A stretch of 64,000 nt of DNA from the NCBI GenBank assembly GCA_051294375.1, contig CM119263.1, forward strand, positions 8,433,398 to 8,497,397, given 5' to 3'. The notes beneath the pieces are model-generated. The model was not told where the DNA came from and did no database searches. It worked only from the letters and a program-made list of their open reading frames with translations. Source of the DNA: Paraspadella gotoi. Lineage: Eukaryota; Animalia; Chaetognatha. Position numbers and translations under genes: made by a program. Positions 1 through 13,000 of the stretch are shown here, in pieces. Numbering within the stretch: the first letter of the stretch is position 1; every line of letters starts with the position of its first letter.

Positions 1-1937
1 GAAAAGGGTGGACTGGGCGACGAGGCTAAAAACAGAGATTGATCGGTCAAATATTTGCTAGTCACGGTTAACGTGCGTCGTCGATGTATCTATTTGATCC
101 TCTTATTCCCTCACCAATCGAAGAACAACCAGACGATGAAGCGGAAGACAACCCTGCCACCTCCGCCACTGCCGCCACTGCGGCTGCCTCCGCCGAAGCC
201 GACGCTACCGCTTTACAGTCGGAAGATAACGCCGCGTCTTCAGACCGATGTCGCTGTTGCTGTTGCTGCTGCTTTGCAAGTTGTTGGTTGTGCGTCTGTA
301 ACTGAGTTCTCGCCATAAGCGGACCTCCACTCGATAAGCAGGAACCTTTAGACGGGCCGCTGCCTGACGCGGACAGATGGTGATGCTGATGGTAAAGCGG
401 TTGTTGTTGTTGCTGGCTATGATTATGGAGGTAGTTGAGAGGGAGTTCGGGAGAGGGCGATGAAGAAAAAGAGGAATACGAGGAGTGTGGCGAAAGAGAT
501 GGAGGTGGAGGAGTGGGAGTTCCGTCGCGAGAGACGCTCGTAGAGGAGGGACACGAAGACGAGGATCTGGAAGAAGGAAATAGTACAGAGTACAGACGAC
601 GCGGTTGAATGCAAATGCAATCGAAGATACCTGTTGTCGTTGGCTGGAATGGCGGTCTTGAAGACGGAGCCAGCGACTCTATGTTGCTGAATTTCGTAGC
701 CGGGACCGAGAGTCTGACCCGGCAACGTGTAGGGGCACGAGGTCATCGAGGCCGGCGAGCTGTTGGGCCGAGGGGGCGATGACGGGAGGGGGCGGTGGTC
801 TGGAAAGTAGAAGGCGAAGATTTGTTTACTTTTAAAACTTTGTTTCATCGAGGACTCCCTTATAAGATAAACCCACATTGATTCTTTTTATCTAAACGCG
901 GCGGTGCGTCTCCACTGCCGAGGTGGCGATGGCACTTTACTGGAGGTCGAAAGAAAAAAAAGGGCAATATTAGAATTAAAAATTACATGGTCAGGCGATG
1001 AGATTTCGATTATTAAGGTATGATTCTAAGAAACGGACTTACTTTCGTTGGGAGAAACATCATTAACATCTTCTTGAAATCTCTGAAAGTGAAATAGAGA
1101 CAAGTAAATATTAAATAAACTTGAGTAATTTCTAGTGCTTTAATTTGCGTAATTTTTTTCGCACCTCCGGTATGCCGTTGGAGTTTGGGGAAGAAGTGAC
1201 AATGGCGACGCTGCCTACCGATGGGCAATTGGAACTCGTTCCGCCCGTCGCGGTTCCAGAACCCAAGCGCGATGGCCCATTCTGTGGATAATTAATTAAT
1301 AATTATATCACAAAAAAATTCCCAGCTTAGTTGCTCATCACAAGGCACTGCGATTGACAAATTCATTACCCCTTGTAACTCTCTGTCCCTCTCTCCGCGA
1401 AACTGGTTGCTGTCTGTTTCGTTTCGAAAAGCAGCGTCGTCCGGGTCCTGGCCGTTTCTGAAAATCAAAAACCCCAAAAGAATAAAATCTCGCAAATTTA
1501 AAGTGTTTTAGAAAGTTTAAATGTCATCAAATGAAAAAAACCTGGGGATGAGATGCTTCTGGCCGATTCGATTGTTGAGGTTATTGACTGCATTGCCACC
1601 GCCTGTGCCGCCGTGAAGGTTACGATTCCTCTTTCCCCCGACTGAGCCGTGATGTCCGGTGGTGCGTGTGGGGACAGCGCCGAAACTCGAATGGGGAAGT
1701 TGATCGTGATGGCGCCTCAAGGTAGAAAAAAAAATATCAGGGATAGAAGAGAAGACGAGAAAACGCAAAAGTAAACTGGTTTAAGCCGTTAGTACTACTA
1801 AAAAAAAAAATTCACCTATTGCTGCTTCTAAAACCCAATGACTTCTCAAAACGCCAGCTCGGATTAATTTGGATCTGACTTCCGCAATTCCACCCAAACA
1901 TAACCGAGGGCTTTAAGTCCGATAACATTTCTCCCAT
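1..1937 (-). CDS. Uncharacterised multi-exon Ser/Pro/Gln-rich, probably disordered protein; 3' end lies outside the window
   Basis: A chain of GT-AG exons (about 1937-1816, 1715-1542, 1457-1370, 1281-1165, 1082-1043, 939-877, 799-631, 566-73, 25-1) has matching phases at every junction and joins ORF-track segments 1517-1768, 1292-1495, 423-878 and 68-316. No domain recognised; start codon uncertain. Confidence 0.65.
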
Positions 1938-2991
1938 CGGCCGCCTTTTTAACGAGTCGACATATAGATTTAGTACATTTATCATCTTGTAAAAATAAAG
2001 CTTTAATTTTATAAATACGAAGTCGACTCGCCAAAGAGGTAAGCCACCGGAGAGATTGAATCAATTATCCAACGTCATCGTCGAGTCGAAGATCATCGCG
2101 AGCGCGGATTAACGACAATAATGCGAGAAGCGATAAAATGAACAATAATTCCTTTTCCAGCTCTGTCGTTTGTAATTAAATTTTTCAAACTCTCCAACTC
2201 ATCGTGGCGTGTGCGCGGTTTATATTTCAGAAACCGTCCATCGTCGTTTCCCCCCTGTCCACGCTCCTATTGGATATCTAAATCTAAGAGTTGAAGAATT
2301 CGTCTAAACATATCCAAATACCAATTCCCCTCCAATTGGTATCACGGACGTTGGGAGTAATGAGCTTTTTTAAGGGCCTTCATTAGGTGGCGTTTTGATG
2401 GCGACAAAGTTGAATAGCTGTTCGCCTTATAGTTATACGCTACTATTCGCTTAATAGTCATAAGGAAATGACAACACAACAGTTTTCTTCTATTATTATT
2501 TTTTGTAGTTTCTTTGAAAATGAAACCATTTGGTAGTAAAAACGAAAATGACACTTGTTTAAAACGGACTGGTTTCGGCTACAATGATCGCCTTCCTTCC
2601 AAATAAAACTTTTTCGCGCTCATAGAGATATGTATTGGTTGTACAAATTTCATGAAGGCTCTGGCTAAAAATATGTTGGACCCAAATATTTGAAGAATCC
2701 TTGGAACATCTCTCATTTGTAACTTGTTTAATAAAACATTTTTTTATATTTTAATTAATCTTGATTATCTTTACGCATTAACTTATATTATACCCTTTTC
2801 CATTAATGCAGATCACATATTATTATAACAACCATGGTCGGGGTTTTAAAAGTTTTTATCCTTTTAAGTCGCTTTAATTAAGCCCGCTCTTTATAGCTTA
2901 ATTAGTGCTAATTAAATAGTGATGGTCATGGATTAAATTTAAAAATAAATGTAAAAAGTTATTCATATATAAAAATATATTTCATTATATA

Positions 2992-3705
2992 CAGAAGGCT
3001 TCATATTATAAAATGTGGTACCCCTTTTTTGTTACCAGAACACGTTCCGAGAAAACTATGGAATAGAATTTAATGAAATTTTGCATGCGGAGTACCAGTA
3101 GTGATACAAATGGAACTATCCAGGCGAATTTTTACCTTCCACCCCTAAGCTGAGATAAGGGTCCCTGAGGGGGCAGCTCCTGAGGGCAAAAAATGGACAA
3201 AAATTTTTTTCAAATTTTTAAATTTTTTTGTCTTGAACAGTTGTACAGACGTTTACTCTTCCACAAAAACGTATTAATTACCTCAAAAATATTCATTTAC
3301 CATAATTTTTAACTTCATTAACATCAGCAGTTAAAGTCAGATTTGGAATAATTTGGGAAAATTGGAAGTAAAACGATGAACCATGCATCTTCAACCATGC
3401 TTAATTATTGCAAATTTATCAATTTTAGTTCTAAAATGTTTTTTTCTTATGTTTAAAACGTCAATGCACCTGATGCTACTAAAAAATTTGAAAAATAAAA
3501 AAACAATTTTTAGCATTTTTTGGCCCCCCAGGGCCCTGTATCTCTTGTCAGGGGTTGAATATCAAAATTCAAATATCAAAATTCCATTTATATAGTCATT
3601 AGCACTCTAAATGTAAAATTTCATTAAATTCGATTGAGTAGTTTGGTTGGAACAGGTTCTGGTCACAAAAAAGGGGTACTACATTTTATAATATGAAGCC
3701 TTCTG
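2992..3705. mobile_element. Non-autonomous Tc1/mariner-type MITE
   Basis: Terminal inverted repeats CAGAAGGCTTCATATTATAAAATGTGGTACCCC / GGGGTACTACATTTTATAATATGAAGCCTTCTG continue as imperfect IRs for more than 200 bp. TA flanks both sides (2990-91, 3706-07). Confidence 0.9.
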
Positions 3706-3884
3706 TATTAGATTTAATTTTATTCTTTATAAAAAATATATTCTTTTATAATGTAATGGGGAATCTGGAAATAGAGGGAGAATGTATACAACACAAGGTT
3801 AAAATTTACTTTCTGCCCTAGTTTTCTAATTAGATATTTGACATCATTCTTATTAAGTAGTCAATTATTGAAAATTAAAATATT

Positions 3885-4136
3885 ATGGTAACAGCCGGGT
3901 TGCCTGTGATGCCCATTGGGATGGGGCATCTCAATGTTGGCTTTGGGGGCTTCCGACCCACAGTGACACATCCAGTCACTGGCGCGGTTACCCTAGGACG
4001 GTCTTGCTTTGCCAACGCAGAGGGAAGTCATTAGGACTGTGGATGGAACACAACGCCTGGGATGGTGTGTTCCCCCTCTGAGCCAAAGGTATTGGCTGAG
4101 CGATGATGGACGTGAGGCGGTGTGAATATACCGCCA
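3885..4136. repeat. GC-rich structured interspersed repeat, SINE- or retroelement-UTR-like
   Basis: GC island in AT-rich DNA with local hairpins (GGAACAC/GTGTTCC, GGCGGT/ACCGCC). It shares ordered motifs (TATGGYAAC, TGTGATRCCC, GGCATCTC, GGCTTTGG, GTCACTGG) with the reverse complement of 55151-55340. Confidence 0.4.
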
Positions 4137-4814
4137 CAATATCTAAAAAATTTGAACATAAAGGGGTGGAGGGGATAATTTGTTATGGGATTAAGGTTAT
4201 TTATGATTCGTTATTGTTGAATGTTGAGGGTTAAGACTACAAAGTAGAATTGTGTGTTCTGATAGAGATACATACCAGGGAAAGCTTTTTAAAGAATGGG
4301 GCGTCCTTATATATTAGATGTAAATTTGATTATCTTTTGATAATATTTTAAATTGAATACATTTATTTATTTTTTAATAATTTTAATATATATTCAAAAT
4401 AATTTTTATACATATTCAAAATAATTTTCGAGGTCATCAGTTGGAACCTATATCCTTCATCTTTCGGCTCTTTAATCCTAATATCCAGATACAGGCGAGC
4501 CATCACCAAAAAAAAAATTTTGAGGTGGGAACCGAGTAATTCACCAAACTTCTTTTTTAATTTTATTAAATTTTTTTAATAATGTTTTTTTTATTATTAT
4601 TATTACTATTTTTTTTTTATTTATTTATCAAAAATTAAGTATTTTTATTATTGGTTTAATATTCTTAGAATCTTTTTTATTTTATGTCTTACGTTGTTTT
4701 CAATAATTAGGAGAAGAGCCTGTTGACTCACTCAATCCTTATTTTTTGAAATAGATTATTAATTTAATAGAGATTATTATTTTATAATATTATAATATAT
4801 ATATATATGTAAAC

Positions 4815-5873
4815 TAAAGCCGAAACATGTACGTCCTTATGTACTAATAAAATCGTTGTTGCAAATAAACTCAAACTTATTTCTACTAATCCAAACACAA
4901 CGAAAAGAAAGGAAATTCGCTATGCCTAATATGTATATATTATAATTTTATAACGATATTATTTTATAATAGAAACGGCGTTTACAATTTTGAAATTATT
5001 TGAAATATTTGTGCTAAAGAAGAGTGTGAGAGACAGAGAGAGAGACAGAGAGGGTAAAATTTTCCAACACAGAGGTGAGATGGAATAGTGGTCAGAAATG
5101 AGGACAGGTTGAGTAAGTTGTGAAAAGGAAGTGAAACTGGATATATATATTATATAGAGAGAAAGGGTGAGTAAATAATACATTATGCAATGTACAACAG
5201 AGATCTTAAAATTTGAAAGAATAAATAGTAGTGATTTTAACAATTAACTAAGTAATAAATAATTGAAAAAGGAGAGAAAAATTAAATTGAAAGTTTGAAA
5301 AATTTACATTTATTGAGAGATTGCTAAGTGAATGAGAAAGTGAAATTCAAGAAATAATATAGAACTCAAATTGAGCTGGCCCTCTTTGTTCTGCAAAAGA
5401 AGGGCAGGGTCGATGGGGTCGGGTCATTAGCGCGTCACTGGTTGAGAGGAGAGTGTTACCGAACCGGTGAATGCCTCATTGGGGATTGAAACTTGCGGAA
5501 ACATCCCGAGGGCTGGTCTTATGTCTCTCTGGCCTGATACGCCTGACGACTGCCCTGTTCTCGCCTGTTGGCGGTGCGGGCGGTTGTCCGTTCTTGCCGC
5601 TTTCGCGACAGGAGTGGTGGACTTTTCTCCCTCCTCCTGTAGCCGTCGTTTTGGGCTACGCTCAGTCTACAGAGGGAGGGACTGAGTTTCTGCATTTTAG
5701 GGTGAGGCATTGCTTGCGCAAGGGTGTCCACCTATCTCGTTGAGTGGAGATAGGAGATGTGCGGACGTCGTAGTGATGGGTCTCTTTCTCTCTATCAAGT
5801 TTCACTTCCTTTTCACAACTTACTCAATCTGTCCCTAACTTCCTCCACTATTCAATCTCACCTCTGTGTTGGA
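4815..5873 (-). mobile_element. Penelope-like element remnant: ORF tail, pseudo-LTR and inverted partial pLTR
   Basis: 5360-5652 is homologous to 61775-62067, with a conserved minus-strand peptide KRRLQEEGE...SGQRDIR.ALG.FP. 5781-5873 is an inverted copy of 5061-5150. 4818-4870 matches the hammerhead 3' half and flank seen at 63147-63200. Confidence 0.6.
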
Positions 5874-6121
5874 ATATACACTATTTCTAGATAGATTATT
5901 AAAAATGAAATAAAATCTGAAAATTCTGAACAAATTCTAATTAACTGAAGCTGCTTTCCTAGGAATACAACTGTCCATATATGGATAATTAACAATATAT
6001 AAATTAAAATCATCACTTTTATCATAAACAGAAAAGATTAAATTATATTAGAACTGTCTTAAAACCACCGACAGGCATTTAGCTGATCAATGCTGTATTA
6101 AGGTGAGCCATCCTACAAAAA

Positions 6122-8512
6122 TTACCACTCATCACTGGTGAACGGTCGGGATCATACCGACAATGGTATGCCATACATTGGCATACAAGCTTGTTATAAT
6201 AATTTTTACTCACTTCATCTCGTCGGTGATGATGTTGAGGCAGCACTCACAACAAGCTTCGGTGGACGAGGCTTCCGAAAGCAACGATTCCAACGACTCC
6301 CAATGTCCAACCCTGGACGACTCTCGGGAATGGGGTCCAGAAAATGTAGAGGGAGCTTGAGACAAGGAGGAAGATTGGGGGTGAAGGGAAGTGGATGCGG
6401 ATCCCCGAGAGGGAGTCGAGAGAGCAGAAGTCGCACAAGGGGGGATCAATTCCAACATTCGATCGCCGCTAAATAAGTTGGGTGACGAGGAAGGGACATA
6501 ATACAGATTTATAAATACAAATACAAACGCCATTACTATTACTGTTTAGAGGAAAACCTTAGGTCCTCAGGCTCCTCATAACTTGAGAGGCAAGAGTCTG
6601 AGCTGAATTCTTTTTCTTCGTACTGCGAGGATCCGGCAAGATGAAGACTCGGACAAGAGAGACTGTCGCGAATCCGCGGATATAGGCACCTACGTACAGT
6701 AACAAGAATGAAATTTACGTAATTTACATTAGATATAATGCCACAAAAATACCAGAAGTCACGTTTATAAGTTAAATTTCTATATAACAAAGCAAAAGGA
6801 ACTTTAAACGCGTAAATTTTTTTGTTGATCGTACTAATTTCTCTTATCAAAGATATTACGTAGAGAATATTTTTTTAGAGGAACAACGACCCTCCACATT
6901 CCACAATATCATAGAACTTTCTAAAAAAATTTTATACAATTCATTCTAACCTGATCGAGGGGTTATTAAGATCGTTTTCTTGCAACTGACAGCCTTCAGC
7001 ATTTTTCGCTGGCGCGCCGTATTTGTGTCCTGAACTCGTCGGCGACTGCTGCGGCAGGGGCGTCGACGAGGCAAGCGAGTGCAGCCGCGATAAATGGGAC
7101 GACCTCTGATGCAAATCGGAAAAGTTTTTGACGATTTAACTAAAAAGATTGGCTCACTTGAGAGCCGCACGAGTTCCCTCATACCAGAGAAATTCTGCAG
7201 TACATACACACTACGTATTACACAGTACAAAATAATTGAAAACCCACGCGAGTTCACTACTTACCGGTGACCCTTGGGGCGAAAGTCGAGAATCCGAACT
7301 TGAGGGCGCAGGAGATGTCGATGATTCGAAGCGAGGCGCAGGAAATAAACCGTGGCGGGGAGTCGTCCAAACAGGCGGCGCAGTCGGGTGATATCTGTCT
7401 TCTTCGGGTGCAAGGTGATCTCACGTTAATCTTCGCCCTGTCGGCAACGACGTTATATCATAAACCATTATAGTTATATTTTACCAGAAAAGTTGATGTA
7501 ACCGATCATACGGTGAAGATGCTGTTGAAGAGCAACCGATTGCGAAAGCAGAGTCTGAAATATTTAAAATTCGGTACATACAATACGTATAATCGTATAT
7601 GTTATGCGCAAAAACAATTTGGTTATTATACAAAATCATAAAGTTCTACTTTGCACTCTCACATTGACTTGAGCAGGTTTGATAATTTGCGCCGCGGCGC
7701 GAGCGAGAATGAGCGGGTTTACTCCGGCCGCCCCCGTCGTCGTGGTCGGTGTTGCCGCCAAAGAAACAGACGACGCAACTCTTGCCGCTGCTGTGGCCAT
7801 AGACTGATCGCTCACCTGCGATCGACGCGTTTGTAGCAGGGTTGATGGGGCCACGCCATTTGTCGGGGCAAGGGGAAGCACCGGCGGGACTCCCACTACC
7901 GACAACTAAAAAAATACCAGGATTACGACTTATTTAGGTTTTCTACAGGATGTACAATTGAAAAAGATATCTCGGGCAACTACATACAATTTTATAAATC
8001 TTGCTGAGAGAGAACACTTTTTTTCTGCATAGTGAAAGCTTCCGTTCTGGCTATCAAAATTACAAAATTACTTGTTTCACAATTTTCATTTTTAGACTTA
8101 TTAGTTATTATTAATTTTGAAAAATAATAAATATTTTTTTGAAAAAACTATTTCCGAGCATATACCTGTTTGGTATGTTTTTGCTGCTTGTTACACCAAG
8201 AAAACGGGACTGGGTGAGATTGAATCTGTTGACCCTCAAAAGGAAACCCTCGAGATGTTGGAAGCTGGAGTGAAGTTTGCTGGTGAGTCGAGCTGAAATT
8301 GAATTTGTTTTAAATTCGTCGAAGAATCATAATACTTGAAAAGTTAAAGTATTTTATCATGTAATAAACCTTTTATGATTGGGTAGAGGATGATTATCGT
8401 GGAGAGACGGAGGGACAGAGCGGCTTTGCTTGGCCGAAGGTCCCTTAGACATCAGCGGGGAAACAGTTTGTGGGAGCGTAGGAGAGAGGAGCCCGGACGG
8501 CGTCAGGTTCAT
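6122..8512 (-). pseudogene. Uncharacterised low-complexity multi-exon gene, possibly pseudogenised
   Basis: Exons at about 8512-8370, 8292-8127, 7905-7669, 7554-7512, 7437-7265, 7105-6951, 6689-6543, 6468-6214 and 6134-6122 are phase-consistent. The best acceptor for the fifth exon leaves an in-frame TGA at 7421-7423, and upstream candidate exons (8550-8830) also contain stops. Confidence 0.45.
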
Positions 8513-9599
8513 AATAATCGGCAGAAGCCAACGAGAACGAGAGCCCACCGGTAAAAATGCCTGCCTTTCCTTTAGTAGATGGACGGACGTGCAAGCATCA
8601 ACAAGCCTTTGACGATGTCATGAGAACAGAACATATGCTACGGTTTTATCTTAATTCTAAACTTTGCTCCGGGCGAAAGCTGCGATGAATCATGTTTGCA
8701 TATTTCTCAATTTGGCACACAGGACACACCAACCCTCTCTTCGCCTTCTCGTCAACGCCGAGATTCAAAACGTGTTCGTCGATTCCGTGATCTTCCGGTT
8801 ATTTCTCCATATTTGCCACGAATAAGACGTCGCGGCGGGTGACGTTAAATTAGATTAACATTAAAATATCCACTAATTAGATAAAATTTTGAAAAACTTA
8901 ATTTTAAAATGCAGTTGGTTGTTTTATCCCAACGACTTGCGAGTTCGAGGCACAATATTGATCTGAAAGAAAATTTGGCCAGTTAATTCAATAGCAAATT
9001 TAATTACGGTAAGCCGTAAAGTAAGGTATTAGCTAATATTATTAAGTATAACAAATTTAAATTGTAACTATTAAGTACAGCGGCCGTGATGTCCGTCTGC
9101 TCGTTCTAAAATTAAGCTGACGCTGAATGTCGCCTCTCATTGCTCGCACGCTTCCTATCCCCTTCAGGACTCGAGGCGGACGGACGAATAGAGGAGAAAT
9201 CGAAAAGGAAAAATTTAAGAGAAAGAACGACGACGACAACGACGACGATGTCAGCCACGAGGTAGAGAACGACGACGACGACGACAACATCCACACCAGC
9301 ACGAGGCTGATCCCCCCCCCCAACACACACTTTAAGTATCTCTCTAACTCTGTCCTTGACTCAGCGAGGCGCATTAGGAAGAGGAAAACTCCGTCCTATC
9401 TCAATGTGAGCGGGAGTATCTTTCGAGCAATTGCTGAATAATTCATTTTTAAGACGACAATGAGAATTAGACTATAATTTCAGGAAATAATTTGAATACA
9501 AATCGTAGAAATCAAGTTCGATTGTGTTATTGTGAATGTTTTAAATAAAAAACCTTGAGGAATTTCACGAAATTTTGGTTGTAACAATTTCATATTAAG

Positions 9600-10040
9600 A
9601 TACGATTGGTTGCCACTTTTCGACAGCCTAATCCGATTGGACAGAGAAAGACGTCACTTGGTCAAGTTTTATTTCTGTTGGCTCGATTTTCGGTCGATGA
9701 CAAAGATATGACGTCAATGAATCTCATTCTCAAACCTATTGCGTTTTTACCTCGCGATTGGACAAATGCTTTTCTCCAATTATAATTCGCTCACACGTGA
9801 TATTTTTCGTTTCACGAAATTAAGTAAATACAGTTCAAAAAAAATTATTTTAATTGACTATTGCAGCAAAATATGACCTAAACATCATTTTAAGATATTT
9901 CGAATCCAATATTACAAAAACTTGCACAACCTACTTCAACAAAGTCTACGTCGTCGACTAGTAATATCAAACAACGTCACCAATCACTGAATCGACGAAT
10001 AGGAGGCGGAGACTTGAGGAAATGTCTCGTGACTACCAAT
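9600..10040. promoter_or_regulatory. Putative bidirectional promoter with CCAAT boxes, CRE/ATF site and E-box
   Basis: Clustered ATTGG/CCAAT (about 9605, 9636, 9757, 9776, 9906, 9980), perfect TGACGTCA at 9709-9716 and CACGTG at 9794-9799, lying between divergent gene models. Confidence 0.55.
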
Positions 10041-13000
10041 CTCCTCGCGACGTAAGTATAGATGTTTCTTTTGGTTTGGTCTCTGCTTGCCTCTCGCACT
10101 CTTTTTCTTTCTTTACTTTTTTCTCTCTCTCTCTCGGCTTCGTTGCTGGTTCGCAGCTCGGAGGAGACAATTATAGACAATTATCCCACGAAATTTTAAA
10201 ATTTCTAATTCTAAATCTTAACCTATTATTATTACCTATAGTTTCCTTTTATTTCTTAACAAAACAGGTCGCTTCGAATGTAAAATATTTTGAATTGCGG
10301 AAAGGAATCTCTTAATGTGAATTTTGGGTGGATCTTCATGTGGCAGAACGGTTCAACCTCGACGACTTTCTCCTGGACCTCCTCGGTACTGATTATATGC
10401 GCTTTGGACTTTGGAAACGCGTCTACAAAATCTTTGGCGCCATCCCGGGATTTACGGCTCTACCAGTACCAGATACTTCTTCTCCGTCCACTCCTTTAAT
10501 TTTATTGGGTATTCGTTTCAACGTAAACTCGTTGGGCCTTCATCATAAGATTCGACGAGAAGTGCTCGAGCACTTGGAGACATTCTCCATCCAGCTTTCA
10601 TCCCTCTGCGGACTGTTGGAGACAAAGTCCCGTGGTCAGTGCAGGACTTTCAATACACCCTCCAAGATTGAAACCTGCTTTATCTCACTCTGGGGTCCTT
10701 TGTCAAACAAACGTGATAATTTGGATGTAAAATAACTAGCGGTCGCAAAGTTAACATTTGTAGCAAATATTCCACCCTTTGTAGTTTTTTAATTTTAATA
10801 TTCCAGCTTTTTATCAGTTGTCGTCCTGTAGACGATCTTTTCCCAATTCGAAAATATCTTTCGTATTTATTGACATTTTATACTTTTTCTCTTTATCCAT
10901 GATTTTTTAACAATCTTGGTCCTTCTTGTCTAGCACTTGTCTACATCCCATTTTGAAAGCAATATTCAAATAGGTTAAAAATTAACCATCATTTCAAACT
11001 AATCCAGCACTTTTCTATTTTGAAAAGAATGTTTAAAAAATTTATCTAAAAAAATGTAATTTAAATACATTGTATTTTGTTGGTTATTCTTGTTTAGCAT
11101 TTGTCTACATCCCATTTAGAAAAGAATGTTCTAAAATTTGTCATAAAAATGTAATTTGTAAACATTGGATCTGTTCCGAATGTTGTGTACAGTTAGTAAT
11201 TTTGGCTTTTTTTAAAAATGCTTTTTTTGTGCAATCGGAATTATTAATTTCCCTCAAAAATTGCCTTATATTGCTAAACTGCTTCTCTTATGTAGCTGCT
11301 AATATTTTTCACAAAGTGATTACTTTTTTTTTTGCAGAAAAGCATATCAATTGAATCAATTGCAACCCTTGCGTCTGGTGATGATGAAACATTCGATGGA
11401 ATTCGATGCGAAAAAATTGGTTTGTCGTCTGATATGATTTTTAATCCCGAGGCGACGACCGAAAAGACTACGAATGAAACGGCGACGGCGGCGCAGACTA
11501 TGATCGTGGGCGAATCAGAAACAAAGACTGTGATACTAAAAGACGAGGATTGCTATGTCGCCCAAGACGAAACAGATGACGTCGTCCGCGACTTTGACAA
11601 AGCCGGTCAAGCCGTTGATGACGCTGACGACGCCGATAACTCTGATATCATCGCAAATAACAATGACCGCGACGCTAAAAAAGTCAACAGGGCAGCAGAT
11701 TTCTCCGTTGATGCCGACACCTCCTCCAATGACGCTTGCAACGCCGACACCCGTTGCCAACTCGACCAAGCAAATAGTCCCGTTGATGACCACGATAACT
11801 CCGTTAATGACGCCGCCGACGTACGGCTTTTCGACAACATCCAAGTTAACGGCCAAACAAAACCACCTAATGTCTATGACGCCATTCACCAAATTGCTTA
11901 CGCCGGACGGGATCACACCGTTAATGACGCCCGAAAAGAAAATGCCGTAGGAAACTTGAGAAAAGCTGTCGGTGATGCGAACTTGATTTCCATAGACAAA
12001 CCGATTGATGAGGTTAATCGCTCGAACCATAAGGCCGATGCCAATGACCCAACCGATGGCCCTGACGATGATTACGAAGATGTCATTGTTGTCGACGAGT
12101 CGTCCTCTTCAGCGCCATTCTTGGTCGACCAAGACGAAGCAAGTTCTCCGTCGACCATATCCGTCGATGCCTGCGAGACCTACGTCGACGAGGGCGATGG
12201 GATATTTGATCGGTTGTCGCCGCCCATCGCTTCGTCGCGAATCGGGGAGGACGATTGTGACGAGAAAATTCGAGAAAAGATGTCGCCGGAAAAAGTGAAC
12301 GGCGGGGAGACGACGCCGGAGGAATCGGCGACGTTGGAATCCCGCGGGGAAGTACTTACGCTCGCCGAAGCGGCGCTCACTTATTCGAGGGTAAAGAACC
12401 GAAACAAGATGGCGTCGGGGACGGAAATTAACTCGTCTAGTCGGAATGTGACTTTAACGAACGATACGGGAACCGAGACGATGTTGAACGACAACGGGGA
12501 AACTATTCTCAGAAACACGATGGAAAAGGAAGTTCCCTTTGTTCCCTTTGTGGCGGAGACGACGACGATGACGCTGACGCTGCGGGGAACGACGGCCACG
12601 ACGTTGGCAGTTGAATCCGACGACGATGAGGCGGCTGCATTGACCGTTGCGTCCTTGGCAAGGAGCGAGGCAAGAATTTATTTTAACCAATCGTTTTTAG
12701 CATTATTCTAATATCTATTGTCGAAAATCTTTTTCTTCGCGTTAAATTGGAATTAGAAAAAAAATGTTTTCGACTTTAGTTTCAAGTCTTCATCAGTACT
12801 TGTGAAATTACAAATTTTTTGCTGTACAAGAAATGAGAGAGAGAAAGAGAGAAACAGGGGGGGGGGTTACCAACAAAGAATTGAGAAGAATACGATAAAG
12901 AAAGTATCTAAAAAGTGAAAAAAATTCCAACTTTTTTCTAAAGCATTATTCTATTTATAATTAAAGATTGTTATTCTTCTGTTGTCATATTTGATTTGTT

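Noticed and set aside
2066-2160. Signal-peptide-like frame LEKELLFILSLLALLSLIRA on the minus strand
   Set aside because: It has no nearby in-frame ATG, closes at a TAA and cannot be spliced convincingly to the downstream exons; probably 5' UTR.
7421-7423. In-frame TGA as selenocysteine or a recoded stop
   Set aside because: No redox motif or SECIS recognised; TGA is a normal stop in PDIA4, ACSL and other genes here.
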